DNA of 64,000 bases, from contig OZ241829.1 of NCBI GenBank assembly GCA_965202585.1, positions 37,386,001-37,450,000 of the forward strand, written 5' to 3'. The notes under the pieces are model-generated. The model ran no database searches. It was not told where the DNA came from and was given only the letters and a program-made list of their open reading frames with translations. Below, piece after piece: positions 37,601-51,741 of the stretch. Position numbers and translations under genes: made by a program. Origin of the DNA: Thalia democratica. Its lineage: Eukaryota. Each line of letters begins with the position of its first letter. Positions within the stretch are counted from its first letter, which is position 1.

Positions 37601-40600
37601 TCTAAAAACTGTTTTTGTTTTTTATTCTACTAATTTCGGATCATCGTTTTTTTTCCGTTCAATAAAGCTTACACAAAAAAATTATAAACAAACTCTAGCG
37701 TAAGTCAGAGGCACTTCGTTTTCCTTGGTAGAAGCAATGTTTAACTTGTTTAAAATTGTAGCATTATTTTTTACTGGTATTTTTCTTATTCCATGGTTTG
37801 GTGTTCTCAGAAATTCGTATCTTTCTCTGTATTCATGCAAAACGTATTTATAAAACTTAGGAAATAAACATTTCTTAACGATTTTCAAATCGCAGTTGAT
37901 TTGAAAAAAGAATATTGATTGTATTTTTTTGCAACTTAATTTAACAGCACAACAAGAAACACGATTTGTTGGATACTAAACTTTACAAACCAATAATGAA
38001 ATAAAACATTGTTTTATTTCTTTGTGAGAAAAATTAGTTAGAATCATTCTAAACATTTTTGATAGGCTTCAATTACAGCAACTAAAAACAAAAAAGTTAT
38101 TATATTACTTACAAAAAATCTTTACTAAAATAATTATCCAGTGTGAAAATATTTGTTTTAGTTTTTTGGACACAGCGATACAAAAACAGATACTTTTTTT
38201 TGCCTGAACAAGTACTAATAAAAATAAAGCGTAGAGAAATAGAGTAACTGATTAAAGTCACGAGGAAAATAATTTTTATTTTCATAGTTACAATAGTGTT
38301 TCAATATTTGAACATTAACCCTAGCTACCAGTAATTTTAATTGCTTAGTAAAAACTCGAAGCAACTTGATAACTAATGAAACGGGAAAATAAAATAATAA
38401 AACTGTGGATAAACAGTTTTTTTATTACAAAATAAAAACGTTTAAAATAATTTTTTGATATGCAGTATAGATAAAATATTCTAGTAACAAGCTAAGAAAA
38501 AACAAGTTAGTCTTTTACAGCGTACTTTGTGCTTTATAATTAAAAAAGGTAAACTTTTTCGAGTTTTTTAAATCCATCAAACATTAAACATTAAAAAAAT
38601 ACACCAAAGTTTTTACAAAAAACTTGCTATACGTAAATAAAAGGTTGAAAAGTAAAAAAAAACTAATGGCGCTCATCTCAACCGTGTATAAAGATTTAAA
38701 ACATCAAAATCAACACGTTACTTTAAATTCTAAACTCTTCAAAACACCATGATATAACTAACGCGTCAATCGATTCTCTCTTGTGCCTGTTTACTTCCAG
38801 GGCATGCAGAGCTCTCCTTGCTTCACCGTCAAACCCCCACACGTAAATGTTTCCATCCTCGGATGCCAGAAACAGCAAGTCCAAATGCTCCACATACTTC
38901 ACTTCCATGATCGCTCGTTTCTTACTGTTTTCATTTATTATAAAGTTATAAGTGCGCAGTTTTGTTTTGAAGCTCGGGTTTTTTACAAAGGCTTGATTAG
39001 ATTAGTTTTATGGAAATATTAAACATGCAGTTAGGAAAAGATAAACATTTACTCCTAACTAAAAACTATTCTTATACGCATAATTAATTTAAAAAAATAC
39101 AATTTTTTAAACAGCTTTTTTCTTAAAAGAAGCTTAACTAATACATCTTAAATTTCCATCCAATGGTTTTAATATATGAGTTAATTCTTTTTCGTAAGAA
39201 TTAATATAAACATTATTTTGATTTGAATTTCAAAATTTAGAAACAAATATATTAAAAAACTAACTTTTTATAGTGACCAGTAGGTAATGAAGGTCTTTTT
39301 CTATTTTTGCAATGACTAGAAAAATTAGTTAAACTTTTAGCGTTTGAAAGCTCCCCTCTCGATGTCAATATGCTTTCCTGCTTGGCAATTCCTTCTCTTC
39401 TCGACAAAATTTCTGTGCTGTTTGTATTTATAAATGAAAAACTCCATATAAGTATTTCAAATAACGTAAGTACCTGTACATGAAAGGGCTAGATTGCATT
39501 CTTTCCAGCTTGTAAGAATCCCCGTTTATTGCTCCACAGAAAAACAGCAAAGGCGCTTTTGTTGCTGTAAAATGTGTAAATTAATGTTCCCTTTATTTTC
39601 AACCTCATAAACAAAATTTCAAAAGATATAAACCGACATACTGTACGCAAGACTTTCGACAGTGCTGTTGGTTTTTATTGCAGTGATGCTGCCGCTCGTT
39701 TGAAACTTCCAGGCTATGACGTGCCTTTTGGTTGTCGACGCTGTCATTTCAATTTTCAATCAGTTAAGTATTGAAAAATAAGGTTTTGAGCGTTTATTGA
39801 AATGTGTGGTAATATTAAACTACCAAGAAATTTAATAACTAAAAGTCTTGTAGAAAAAAACTGTTCTAAAACTAAAACTATTGTTCTTTAACTTTATAAG
39901 TATTTTAGGTAAGATAATTTTTGGTTATGAAAAATTTTTGACTGTTACTAAATAAACAACTCAATTATTTTTATAAATTTGAAATATCGCTTTGTCATTT
40001 AAATACTGCGGTTTTTTTTCTAAAAATCATTTTGACACAAAAGGTAAAACAAACCGATAACCATGCCGTTTTCGTTGTTAATTCTTAATCTAATAATTTT
40101 ATGTATAAAATCATCGCCGATATTTTCAATTTCAAGTTGAAAAGTTGGCAGAAATTCGGATACCTGTAAAAGTATTAAAAGTAAGCACTTATGAATAAAA
40201 TATCTATGCCACATACTTTGACAAAATTTTATAATTAGAATTTTTGTACATATAATTAAGTTTACTAGTTAGGGTAAGTTTTTATGTACGTACTTAAAGA
40301 TAAAAAATTATAGTTTGTATTTTTCATACTTACTTGATAAGTAATTTCTTAAAATTTTTCTTATTTCAGTTATAAAATAAAGCTTACTAAAAACGAAACT
40401 TAAACAACTTAAAAAATATACTTAAAAAAAATAATATAATTATTGATGTATGTGTATAAAAACTTTTAGGAATTGAAGTACCAAGAATACAAGTGAAATA
40501 TCAGTTTAAACTGTGTAGCTGTTGTTTTTATTAATTGTTAAGTAAACACTATAAATTGAAAACATCAAAACTAAAAAACAAATTGAAAAGTTTTACACAA

Positions 40601-43600
40601 TGCAAATAGAAACTTGTTTGTCATTCATTCCGATTAAATTAAGTAAATAATAAGAAGGTGTGAAATTAAGTTATTATAATAAATTGCTATTATTACATGT
40701 TTGAATTACAAAAAAAAAACATTGTTAAAAATTTCCGACTTGGATGATGCTATGATAAAATCTAGACTTCTATGCTTTATTTGAAATATTCTATAACTAA
40801 CAAATGTTGTAAGTTTTAAAGTTTTTGAAATTAAACAAACTTTGTCTAAAAGTCATATACAATAAAAAATGCATTTCAGCGAATACATTAAAACACATAA
40901 ACAAGCAATTTAGATATAATTTATCTTTTATTTAATGTAGATTTTTTTCATAAGCAACAAAGTTTCTAGCTAACTTAGCAAATATTTCATACCTATTTAC
41001 GTATTACTGTAAGTTTGGTTCACTGGCTAAAACTTTCCAACCATTTTAACTTTCAGTTTCAATCGACGAATTAAACTTAAGACTTTAAAAAAACAAACCT
41101 GCTTTTTTAGATTAGTTTTAATCAATACATCAGATTTATAAGCAAGCAGGTTTATTAAATTACACAGCTCTTATTTACCAGAAATAAGACTTAGAATTTA
41201 TCAACCTGATACATGTAGAAGAATAGCTTTTATTTTAAAAACATAGTTTAAAGTTAAAAAAAAACGTTAAATACTATTTTGTTATGGATTACCAACACTT
41301 TCACCAGATTTGGGGTCGTAAATCACGGGGGCTTGTCCGACGGCGGCAATCCACACGACCTTGAGTTTGGGGAGGTAAATCATGGACGTGATGGTGTCGC
41401 TGAAGCACTTTGAAATTTGACTTCTCAACTTGCCGTCTTGCGACCACACGTTCACCGTGCAGTCGAATGAACCAGTCAGTATCCTGGTTATCAGTGCTCA
41501 TGTTACTTTCAATTTTGAAACATAGAAAATAATAATTAAAATTAATATAGCAATTATCATAAAAAAAATGTATAGTTTAAATTTACTTTGTAGTCAAATA
41601 GGTTAATTATAAACAACAACATTTGAAGTATAACATACAAATGTATGCTTGAAGAATAACTTCTTACTTGACTTGTTTTAGTTTATTTATTAACAAGCAA
41701 CGATTTGTAAAGATAATATTAAATAATGAATAACAATACAACGAGCTACATAAATCTACCTGATTTACAATTTCATACATAAACTGTTGTAAAACTTTGA
41801 AAAGTATCTACTAAAAGAACTATTTCAAACTACAACGACTTACCACTTATTGTCGCTGTCTTGTAGGATTGTCATGCATGTAATACCTGCTTCGTGAGCC
41901 TGGTCATTTTTATGAATGAGGGTCAAGCCCACTTTTCCAGGTACCATAGTTGTGTCGTATATGCACATTTTGCAATCAAACCTAAAAACAAATTTGTCTT
42001 ACAATACTCTTTTAAATGTACCAATGAATACTTTCCTTGGTGCAAGAACTTGGGTTTACATTTACACCAAATTAAAATAAGATATACTTTATACAAATAC
42101 ATACAATATACAATTACATATACAAAATTAAAATTTCATACGTACCTGTATTAAACCGTAATTATTTAAATAAGATAATAAACTAGTGGTGGGCAACGTA
42201 AATAATTGACGGGCCGGATCCAAAAAAAGTTAGTCCTCAGCGGGCCGGAGCATTTTGAGTAAGTGATCTACTAGATTCAGCTGGATCTTTTTTAGATCCG
42301 GCTCCTTATTTGAAAATATTATCTGGATCCGGCTAAATACTAATTTTAGACAAGGTTCCGTATCCGAATTGAAACTAATTTCAAAATATTTTGATCCGGC
42401 TGGATGCTAATTAATCGGGTAGTTTAAAATTTTGAATCAATTTATTAATTACCAAGGTTCTTTAGTATGAAATTTTAAGCTAATTTTTATTAAGTACTCA
42501 TAATTCTATATTTATTATAACTCTGGACAGAGTTAATACTAATTAGTCTTATACAAACAATAATTTACTTACTAAAAGTTACTTGAGCCTAAGATTTCAA
42601 GTTAAAACATTAAAAAAGTTTAACTATTCGAAATTATCTAGTTTTGGTAGTCCTTGGATGGAGTTTACATTAATAATATTATTCAGAAGTTGAATAACAT
42701 TACAATATTAAGCTACTATCTTTTAATTAAAAATAAAACTTATAAAGATTCATTACATATTTTTGCACGTATAAAAGAAACAAAACAACAAATAATTCTG
42801 ATACAATATACAGCTTTACCATAAAAAGCGAAAAAAACTAAAAGTTTCCGATAAAACATTTAAAGTTGATAATATATTAGGGTTGTTTAAATCTAGTTGC
42901 ATGACGGTTTGCAAAAAATCTGCAAGTGCACTGGAATACCGATTAGGTTTGAAATTACCTTATCCTTGTTGATGTTTACGGTCGGAAATGTTTGCTTATA
43001 AATGTATGAAGTCTCAAACAAAACAACTAGTTTCATGGTAATCTTTTGAATATGACAAACTTTGGCTTGTTTAATAATACATAAAATCTATTTATAAATC
43101 TACTGAAACCAACGCAAATTATACTTTTGATTTAAATTTTTATACCAACTTATTTACAAAAAGTTAAACCTAAATAACAAATTACTTTGGCTTAAAATTT
43201 TAATAGTTTTACTTTCAAAATATCAAACCGTTATAAACAACTTATGAAACTTAACTAAATTCTGTACTTTAAAAATAATGTTATCAAAAATTGCATCTAA
43301 AATACTTTTACAAAAGTACTGACATAAAATAACGAAATATTAAAAAAAAAAAAAAGGTTAATTAATATTTTAAACATGATAAACATATTAATTTAATAGA
43401 CTTTTAGATTAAGATCAATTTCACTAATGAAAATATTTCTAAACGAAAAACTAACACATAAAACTGTCACATAATATTTCAAATTTAAAGAGTTTAGCAA
43501 GAATAATTACATGAAAAAGAGTCAATGAGACATTTGTGGATCATCAAAGTTTTTAACAAGTTGTTTATAATCTGGAAGTATGTTTGAAGTAGATATTCTC

Positions 43601-46600
43601 AGAAATGACTGCAGAATTGTATCAGTAAGATTTGAAGGCAGCTTACTTTTGTTCAAATTCATGGTTGAGAATGTTTGTTCACAAATATATGTAGACTCAA
43701 ACAAAACAAGTAACTTCATTGCCATGTTTTTTTAAATAGAAAATTTTGACTTGTTAAGTAAGGCATAAAATCTGTCAATTCGTTCAGTTTTGAACTTTTC
43801 CTTTAGTGTACTGTAACATTGTAGTTCAATTAGTTTTAACTATATATTACCAGGTGCATTTTCGGTTTTAAACGTCAACAGTGATAAAACAATGTCAAGT
43901 TCTTCATTTAGTTGCTGAAAGTCTGCAAAACGACGGCCAAACTCATTATCAATAAAGACTATGATATTGTTATACTTTTTCATTGTCATCACTGATGGTT
44001 CTGTAGTCTCAAGTTTTGCGAAATGCGTAAAGTTATTCTCATTAAGATGGCGAGAAATTTTTTTATAACTTTAGTCTAAATGCTTTTACTAGCAAAAGTT
44101 ATTTAGTAGTCTCAGTGTGAGTCAACCTTTATAAATATCAAAAATTATAACAAAAGTAAAGTTAATAAATAAAAAAATTCCTGTATTTTGCATTTAAAAT
44201 TTAATAACTATTATTCAAAATTTTGTTAGATTGTAAACTGTTATTACAAACATACACAAATAAATTTCCTAAACAAAGCATACTTAAAGTTAATAAGATA
44301 TTATTTTGAAATATTGTCATCAATTGGTCATCATTAAACTTAACCATTTAACTAATCAAAAACTCCTAAAAAATCAATAGCTGAAAAGAGTGCAAACTGT
44401 AGTCTCAACTTGGAATATTCTACTAAAATGTAAAGTTAAGCAGTTTTACTTTAAGTAGCTGTCAATGTTATTAGAAACTACTTTTCTTAACATTTATAAG
44501 AACAACTCACTACACATCTGGGAAAGACAGCAATTTTTTACACGTCATTTTTTATGAAAATCATTATGGTAAATAAGATCATCAAAGTTAGTTCAGCAAA
44601 CAACTGTTTTCGGATAATTTGAGAAAAAAATATTTCAACTGACTTGAAACAGAACAAGATACTATAGTAAAAGAGTGTTTTTATTACCACAAAAATAAAA
44701 AGCCATTTTTAGAAACGTTTTCAGGGTCAAAGTCTTACAGTTTAGTTTTGTGAAAATAATTCAAAAAAGGTTTTGTTTGAATTTTGTAATATTTACATTG
44801 GCTGGTAGGGTTTCATATAAATTTTGAAAATGCCTAGCGGGCCGGATAAATTTTGTTCGCGGGCCGGATTCCATTTAAATTTAAAAAAGGTTTGGAGGCC
44901 GGTCATTTTCACTCCGTGGGCCGGATCCGGCCCGCGGGCCAAACGTTGCCCAACCCTATAATAGACCAATACTTTATGGCTGTTGTTTTAAATTGTATAA
45001 CCATAATATTACTATTTTTTTTTATATTAACAAGTAAAATGTTATAAAAGTAACACTAAAAAATGAAAAAAAAAGTTTACAAATACAGAAAATATGTCTA
45101 AAGTTTTCATATAATCTGTATTTTATTATTATTAAAACACTGATAGTAACCTATAAGAAAAAACTGAAGTTTATAAGTTAAATTGTCAGAAAAATAGAAG
45201 GATCTTTTTTAAAATTCTTATTCTAAATAACTTTAGTCCGAAAATGATACCCTAAACTTAAATTTATAAAAGTTAATCATGATACAAAACGTCTGTTAAA
45301 TAGTAGCTCAATTTTAGGTCTATTTGTTCAAATTAACGTTTAATAAACTTACCAAAAACAAAAGTAAGAATGAATTTTTTGTATATTCTTTGTAGAACAA
45401 GTAAAAAAGTTAAGTCCTTAACTCAAATCACGAGTGAATTATTATTTAGGAAGGTTATTTAAATAAATTATAATGAAGTATGCATCATAGTTATGTATGT
45501 ACTTAATTAATTCAGAAATCAACTAAATACAAAAAGTTTCTAAAACGTATAAAATAAATTCTTAAATTATTTGCTTACAGGGTGGACACTGGTTTTTGAG
45601 AATTTTCTTCCAGGTTTTTAAAAGTACACGATTTCGGATCTAATTTTAGTTTAAAGTTAAGTTTAAGGTAAATTTTTTTCAAATAGTATCACAACATTGA
45701 AATAATATTGTAAAGCTACTTTAAACGTATTTAAAAAAAATTGATGATGACAAAAAAAAATTATCTATATGATAGATTTTTTTTTCAAATCAAAATTTCA
45801 CCACTTAACAAGTAAAAATTGTATAAAATTCCAGGTTTTTCCAGTTTTTTTAGCCTAAATTGTCAAATTCCAGGTTTTTCAAGAATTCAAGGTACAGTGG
45901 CCACCCTTTTACTTAGTTAAATTAGCTCACATTTAAAAATAAAAATAGGAGGCACCTATTTGTAAGTAGTTATATTCTTGTTAAAACTCTTAAAAAAACT
46001 CTTTTAATAAAGATAAGTATTTTAAGTGAAAATTATAAAAACATACCCTGCAGAGTACACTCTGGAGTCGGAACAATTAACACAAGTTACAATATCTGAA
46101 TGTTCGTAAGAAAAACTGGGCTTTTCTTTTGAAAAAATGCTTTTTGCTTTGTATTCAAAATCAAGCCAATATACTGCAACTTTATTTCTGATACCAAGAA
46201 TAAGTTGTTCACGCAGGGCATTATACTCAAAAACATATATTGGCTCCCCTACCTGACAAATTTATTAAACTTGTTGAAAATTGTGTGCATAAGGGCTTAA
46301 GGGTATTTTTTTACAATAATCAAGTTGTTGATATGAAAGCTTAAAATATGAACTATGAATTTGTTTTAATAGAATATAAAACTTTAGTTAACTTTTGAGT
46401 TGTAGTAGTTTTTGTAGAAAGTTTTGTATAAAACGTATGAAAGCAATTTGTTTCTGTCAATATATTATTAATTTTAAAACTCTATTTTTTTTTTCTAAGA
46501 ATTTAAATTTATTAAAAATTTAAAATAAATAACAGGCTGGATTTTTTAAAATTTAATATAAAATTTTTAGGTTAATGAAATCAATAAAATGGTCGTTTTT

Positions 46601-49600
46601 TATTATGCTACTTAAACTAGTTTTTTTTTTGTTAAATTATTCACATAGAGCAGTGATTCTTAACCTAGGGTAAATTTACCCCTGAGGGTAAAAGATAATA
46701 TAATTTTACTTGATTTAACAACTTGCTTTTATTTTTAATTTGGATGTTCTTTAATTAAACAAAAAAATAAACTTATACTTAACTAAGATATGCTCATAAG
46801 GTTGTTATGTTGATAAGTATTTTGTTTTTCATATCATCAACTTTTTATTTTAGTTTTTAAATACTTATCTATCTTCAAAGATAGTGATAGATACTAGTTT
46901 TGTATTAACTAGGAAAAATGTATCTATAGGATAAATAAAAAACTATACTATCAATATTTTTACGATTTTATTATCAGTGAATTATCTTATACAGTTTAAG
47001 CTCAACGAACAAAAAAAATATGTCATAACTTTTGGTAAATTTATTTTCATAGACTTTTAAATATATGTTTCAATTGGTTGAAAAATTTAATTTTGCTTTA
47101 TTACCTTAAAAAGTACTCGCATGACATAACAGTTATCAAACTAAACCTTGGACTTCAGATTCAAATATAAGAAAGTTTTAAGTATAATTAAATTTTGCAG
47201 TTTTTTAGTCTTAAAATATCATCAATGATAAATTTTTAAATTTTATTACAATACAATGTTTCACTCGTTTAAAAAACGAGATCTTCAGTTGTTTAAAATC
47301 TGTAAAAATTTATGTTATAACAAGTAGGAAGACATTAGGCTAAATTTGAAATAAAAGAAGTTAAAAAGAAAAAATATAACAAAAAACTGAGTGAAATCTA
47401 ATTAAAACTTATAGCTTAAGGTTAGTAGCATATGATAAATAAAAAGATTTAAAATATCATCAACATTTTAACTTTTATTAAAAAATACTTTCAAATTGTT
47501 CAGTTCAGCATACTATTTAACGTATTTTTTTACACAGATTAGAATAAACAACACAAAACACATAAATAAACATTTTGTTTTTTAAATTCATGTGTACATT
47601 AGTTTATATTGGTAAAAACTGCTTAAACTATTAATAACTACCTTGCATTATAATTACCATACATAATTTTTTTTGTAACTAGCAGTTGTAAATACTATAG
47701 TTTTTAAAACGTGAATTATTATGTCTTTAGCCTTTATAAGAGCACAAGTTAAAAGATATAGAACCATCTGATTATAAATGGTTCTATATAATTTATTATA
47801 TTAAAACCATTTGTAATAACTCTGAACTATAACAATTTGCTAAATAACAATGATATAGTTATAGAGTTGTGCAGAATTAATAAACAAATCAGTATGGTAG
47901 TTATAACACTTTTAATTTTAAGTATAAAAGTTAAACTACAACAAACATTATTCATAACATTAATTTTACATTTAAGCTTTTGAAATATTATTTATAGGTA
48001 GGTGAAAGATTTAAACAGAACTTAACTTTTGCAGGGTGATATTTTAAAACCCTTTGTCATTTTGAAAATTTTAAATTTTGTCATATATGTCATTTTTGCA
48101 AGTATAAATTTACAATACACTTGAAATAACAAAACCAAAGCAAACTTACGTCCAGCTTTTCAAGTATATTTCCACCTGATCCCCAAACAATAATACTACC
48201 ATCCTGAGAACAAGAAAACAAAATTTTCTTGCGTTGAACAAATAGTAAGTCAGTAACCCATCCTTTATGTGGTCGCATACTTGCTACAAATTTCCCTTTG
48301 TCAGCCTCCCAAAACTTGATTGTTCCATCTAGTATTAAATAGTAATATTTAGTGCAATTAAACACAAACATATATTTATTTATCAATCAAAACCCTTAAA
48401 GGTACGATCTATATTGATCTTTTAATTATTTTATCGATAAAATTAATTTATCAAGCTATATAAGTTTTGCTTAGTCAAATTAATTTTTGGTATTTGAGCC
48501 CACATGGTAAAGGTTTAAAGTAGAGTCTATATACAAAATTAAGAAAAAAACTACTATTTTTACTTCACTTTGTAAATACAATTTTTATAAAAACTATAAG
48601 TTTTTTTGTTAAATTGGTTTAAATTGCTTACTTTATAGAGCACCATATATATTATATAAAACCGAAACTGTTTTACACATGTTTCAGGCTGGATGCTTTA
48701 TGCATCAACCTTTCCTGAAAATAATAGTTTTTGGCGCAGAAGTAGTATAAATACAACATATTAAGTAATATGAAAAAATAATATAAACATTGATTCTGAG
48801 AATGCACTGCATTTAAAAAGTTTATGTTGCTTTTTTGATATAATATTTATTAACATTTAGTTTAACTTCTAGCTATTTAGTAAAGGCCAGTGAAAATTTG
48901 TGAAAACTTAATGGAACTTAAAAAAATTCACTACAAACTGAAGAAACTTAATGAAAAATTTATAACAATTGTTCCTATATGTGTCTTGGTTTTGTATTTT
49001 GCTCTAAGGCTGGCTGTGTTATAAAATTAAAACATTGTATCATTACATTTAAATACTAAAACTTACAATAAAATAACGATTTTAGTATAGTGCTTATTCA
49101 CTTATCCGGACATGTTGGGCAAGATTTTTCTGTAAACTTGTCCAGATAAGCATTTTTTAAAATAAGTACAGAAATATTTTTTTTCTAAATAATATAACTG
49201 CTGTATATTATGGAATGCACAATAATTATAAAAACTCAGCTTCTCCTTTTCGGCTTTAAAATCTTAAAACGTTTCTTAACTTTTCAAAATGGCGTATAAA
49301 GTTGACCTGCCTATGCTAAATTCTTCCATTTTAAAATACTTTGGCTCATTGTTTTTTACTATTTTACAAACTTCTAGCTTATTTTAAATAGTTCGTCCGA
49401 CTTTTTTTTTCAATATCCTGTCTATTTCCAAAACCTGGTATTTTGAGTATGTCAAACTTATTAACTTTAAAATGAAAAGATTGTCAGGTACCTCATATTT
49501 AACAAAAAGTGTTTGAGTTAACAACTTTTAGAAAATAATTTGAAATAAAAATCTGACATAAAAGACACGCTATACATTCATTTTCTCAAAAACTTAGAAT

Positions 49601-51741
49601 TCAACTAACTACCAAAGAAACTTTAAAATTTGAAACTGACTTACTTTACATACAAAGGTTTTTGATAACTAAACTAGTTTTGTTCAAATTGAATGTAAGC
49701 TTTAGTAGTACTATTATGTCATAATGATGAACTAAATTGTAGAATATATGAAAGCTTAAATATTTGTATCAAATGTTTGTGTTTAATATTTAAATTTTTT
49801 TGAATTTTTTTCTTTACTAAAACTGTCCAGATAATTGAACATCTAGATAAGTGAAGTCCGGATAAGTGAATAAGCACTGTATTATAATATGTTATTAGCT
49901 TTAAATAATATAAAATAGCATAACAAGTATAAAACACTCTCTAAAGTTTTTTATGACAGCTTAATACGTATTAACAAAGTAATTAGCACAATAAATTATC
50001 AGTGTAAAGTAATCATTAATATTATTAATGGAAACAAAATGGATAACTTAAGTAAATAAAGACACTTTGTAATCAAACTCTTTTTGTTTGCACAACTCTG
50101 GTTTCATTAAAAATATAGGGATAGTCTTTAACTTAACGAGATCAAAACCAGGATAAAGGAACATTTACCTGCTTGGATGTTGAAACTTATTGAAGGTGAA
50201 CCTAAAATTAAGACAACAGAAACCAAAAACGCAGCTAAAAGATCTTCTGTTGCAGAACATTTGATAAAGAACAGAGATTATGCTAGGATATATGAGATAT
50301 CTAGACTTTAATTAATTTATCATTGTAATAGTTTTTTTGATCTTGTTAAGTTAGAGGCTATTTCTATATTTTTAAAGAAACCAGAGTTGTGCAAACAAAA
50401 AGAATTTGATTACAAAGTGTCTTTATTATCCATTTTGTTTCCGTTAATAGTATTTTGGTTTAATTAATGATTACTTTACACTGATTTATTATTGTGCTAA
50501 TTACTTTGTTAAAACATATCAAACTGTCATAAAAAACTTTAGAGAGTACTTTATACTTGTAATGTATTATAATATGATTAAGAAGGTCTTTTTATTAACC
50601 AGATCCTTTGACTACAATTCTTGAGAGTTATTTTTTTTCAATATGACTTTTTGGTCCTACATATATTAAACAGATATTTGTGACATGATTCATTTAAAAA
50701 CATTTTCATTTAAACAAATAAGTAAAATTGATTTCAGCTAACAACTAGCTAAGTTAGTTGCTAACAAAAGTAGTTGATAAGTGTTAGCTGAAATTGATCT
50801 TAATTGTTCGTTTAAATAAAAATGTTTTTGAACCAATCATGTCTCAAATTTCTGGTTAATTTTCTTATGGTGTTCAATATAAATTACAAAATAAATAGGA
50901 TGTAATAAACAAAATTAGAGTAAAATCCAATTCCAAAAACAGATATAAATAATGCACACTTAAAAAAATAGAAATATAAAAAGTCAACAATTCCAAAATC
51001 CTTAGATAAAAGATCAGAAAGACTAAACATATGCTATGCATCCATTAAAAATCACAGCCGGCTCAAGATCTAAGCACAAAACTAAACAATGGTTTAAAAG
51101 ACCAAGGTTTTAGAACAGAAGATTTAAATGAAGGCAATTTTAATAAAAAGTTTTAGCAATATCGAAAATAAAACCTTCTATATAAATATATATGCTTTTA
51201 TATTAGGCTTCTTTTTTTTCAATCTATTGATAAAATTAAGATAACTGTTAAAACTTATTCTGATGTAATTAAGTAAAAATAACAATTTAGGTTTGAAATA
51301 ATGTAAAAAACATTTATTTAAGTTAATTTGTTTGTTTAGACAAGACTATAAATTCTTAACTGTTTATTTTGTACCCTTTTTATGAACCTGTATTTACAAA
51401 ATAGAAAAAAAAAAGTCAAGTTTTACCTGCTAGCTGAACTTGAAGAATTTTAGTAATTCAAAGTGCAAATTTAGATAGCTAGTTATTGTATAATGTATAT
51501 ACAAGATTAAACTACGTTTTTAAACAGATAAATATTATAAAAATTCATTAGATTATCAAAATTTAGGTCAGATTTTAATATAACACCAAAATAACTTAAT
51601 ATTTAACAATATTATATGAAAAAAATTACCTTCAAATCCAGCAACTACTTCTCTTCTTACAGGATTAAAACCAATAGCAGTGATGTTATTTTTCTTGTGA
51701 GTTTGGTCATCAGACAAACAAAAACTTCTTTCCATTGCCAT
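34676..51741 (-). CDS. WD40-repeat protein, ~817 aa, 17 coding exons (WDR87/WDR97-like family by recollection; exact orthology not established)
   Basis: Exons 51741-51630, 48328-48150, 46252-46047, 41981-41844, 41483-41297, 40163-40055, 39740-39642, 39564-39474, 39417-39265, 38924-38763, 37826-37694, 37486-37331, 37158-36923, 36642-36459, 35563-35451, 35101-35008 and 34777-34676. All are GT-AG with compatible phases; total 2454 nt. WD repeats include GFEDGTIKFW, SCSQDGSIIVW, SAGFDCKMCIYD, TGSFDCTVNVW, ASEDGNIYVW, SGGWDRKLMVW, SGSEDQTIRIW and SGSYDQTVRIW. The start codon and the boundaries of exons 5, 10 and 11 are less certain. Confidence 0.85.
42184..44958 (-). mobile_element. hAT (Charlie/SPIN, GTF2IRD2-like) element with a decayed transposase, in intron 3 of the WD40 gene
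   Basis: TIR TAGTGGTGGGCAAC / GTTGCCCAACCCTA; subterminal gggccgg repeats; TSD TAATAAAC/TAATAGAC. Transposase remnant at 43522-44070: EFGRRFADF..LIELQC..DFY..AMKLLVLFESTYICEQTFSTMNLNKSK..NLTD. Confidence 0.85.
45578..45908. mobile_element. Diverged CAGGGTTGCC-family MITE
   Basis: CAGGGTGGACACTGG...GTGGCCACCCT with the same internal body as the other copies. Confidence 0.7.
49088..49879. mobile_element. Tc1/mariner (pogo/Tigger-like) MITE
   Basis: TIR (C/T)AGTGCTTATTCACTTATCCGGAC / GTCCGGATAAGTGAATAAGCACTG, flanked by TA on both sides. Confidence 0.8.
49905..50575 (+). mobile_element. 5'-truncated Penelope-like element: GIY-YIG endonuclease tail plus an inverted terminal copy
   Basis: 50147-50430 translates TRIKEHLPAW..SSVAEHLIKN..*LIYHCNSFFDLVKLEAISIFLKKPELCKQKEFDY. 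49905-50147 is the reverse complement of 50336-50575. Confidence 0.85.
50671..50854. mobile_element. Small palindromic MITE
   Basis: cagatatttgtgacatgatt...tttcagctaac mirrors gttagctgaaatt...aatcatgtctcaaatttctg. Confidence 0.65.

Noticed and set aside
41301-41501. ORF-track peptide MSTDNQDTDWF... (also 34602-34802 and the plus-strand ORFs at 2909, 3889, 38783 and 41894)
   Set aside because: These are wrong-frame or antisense readings of true WD40/OCIAD1 exons.
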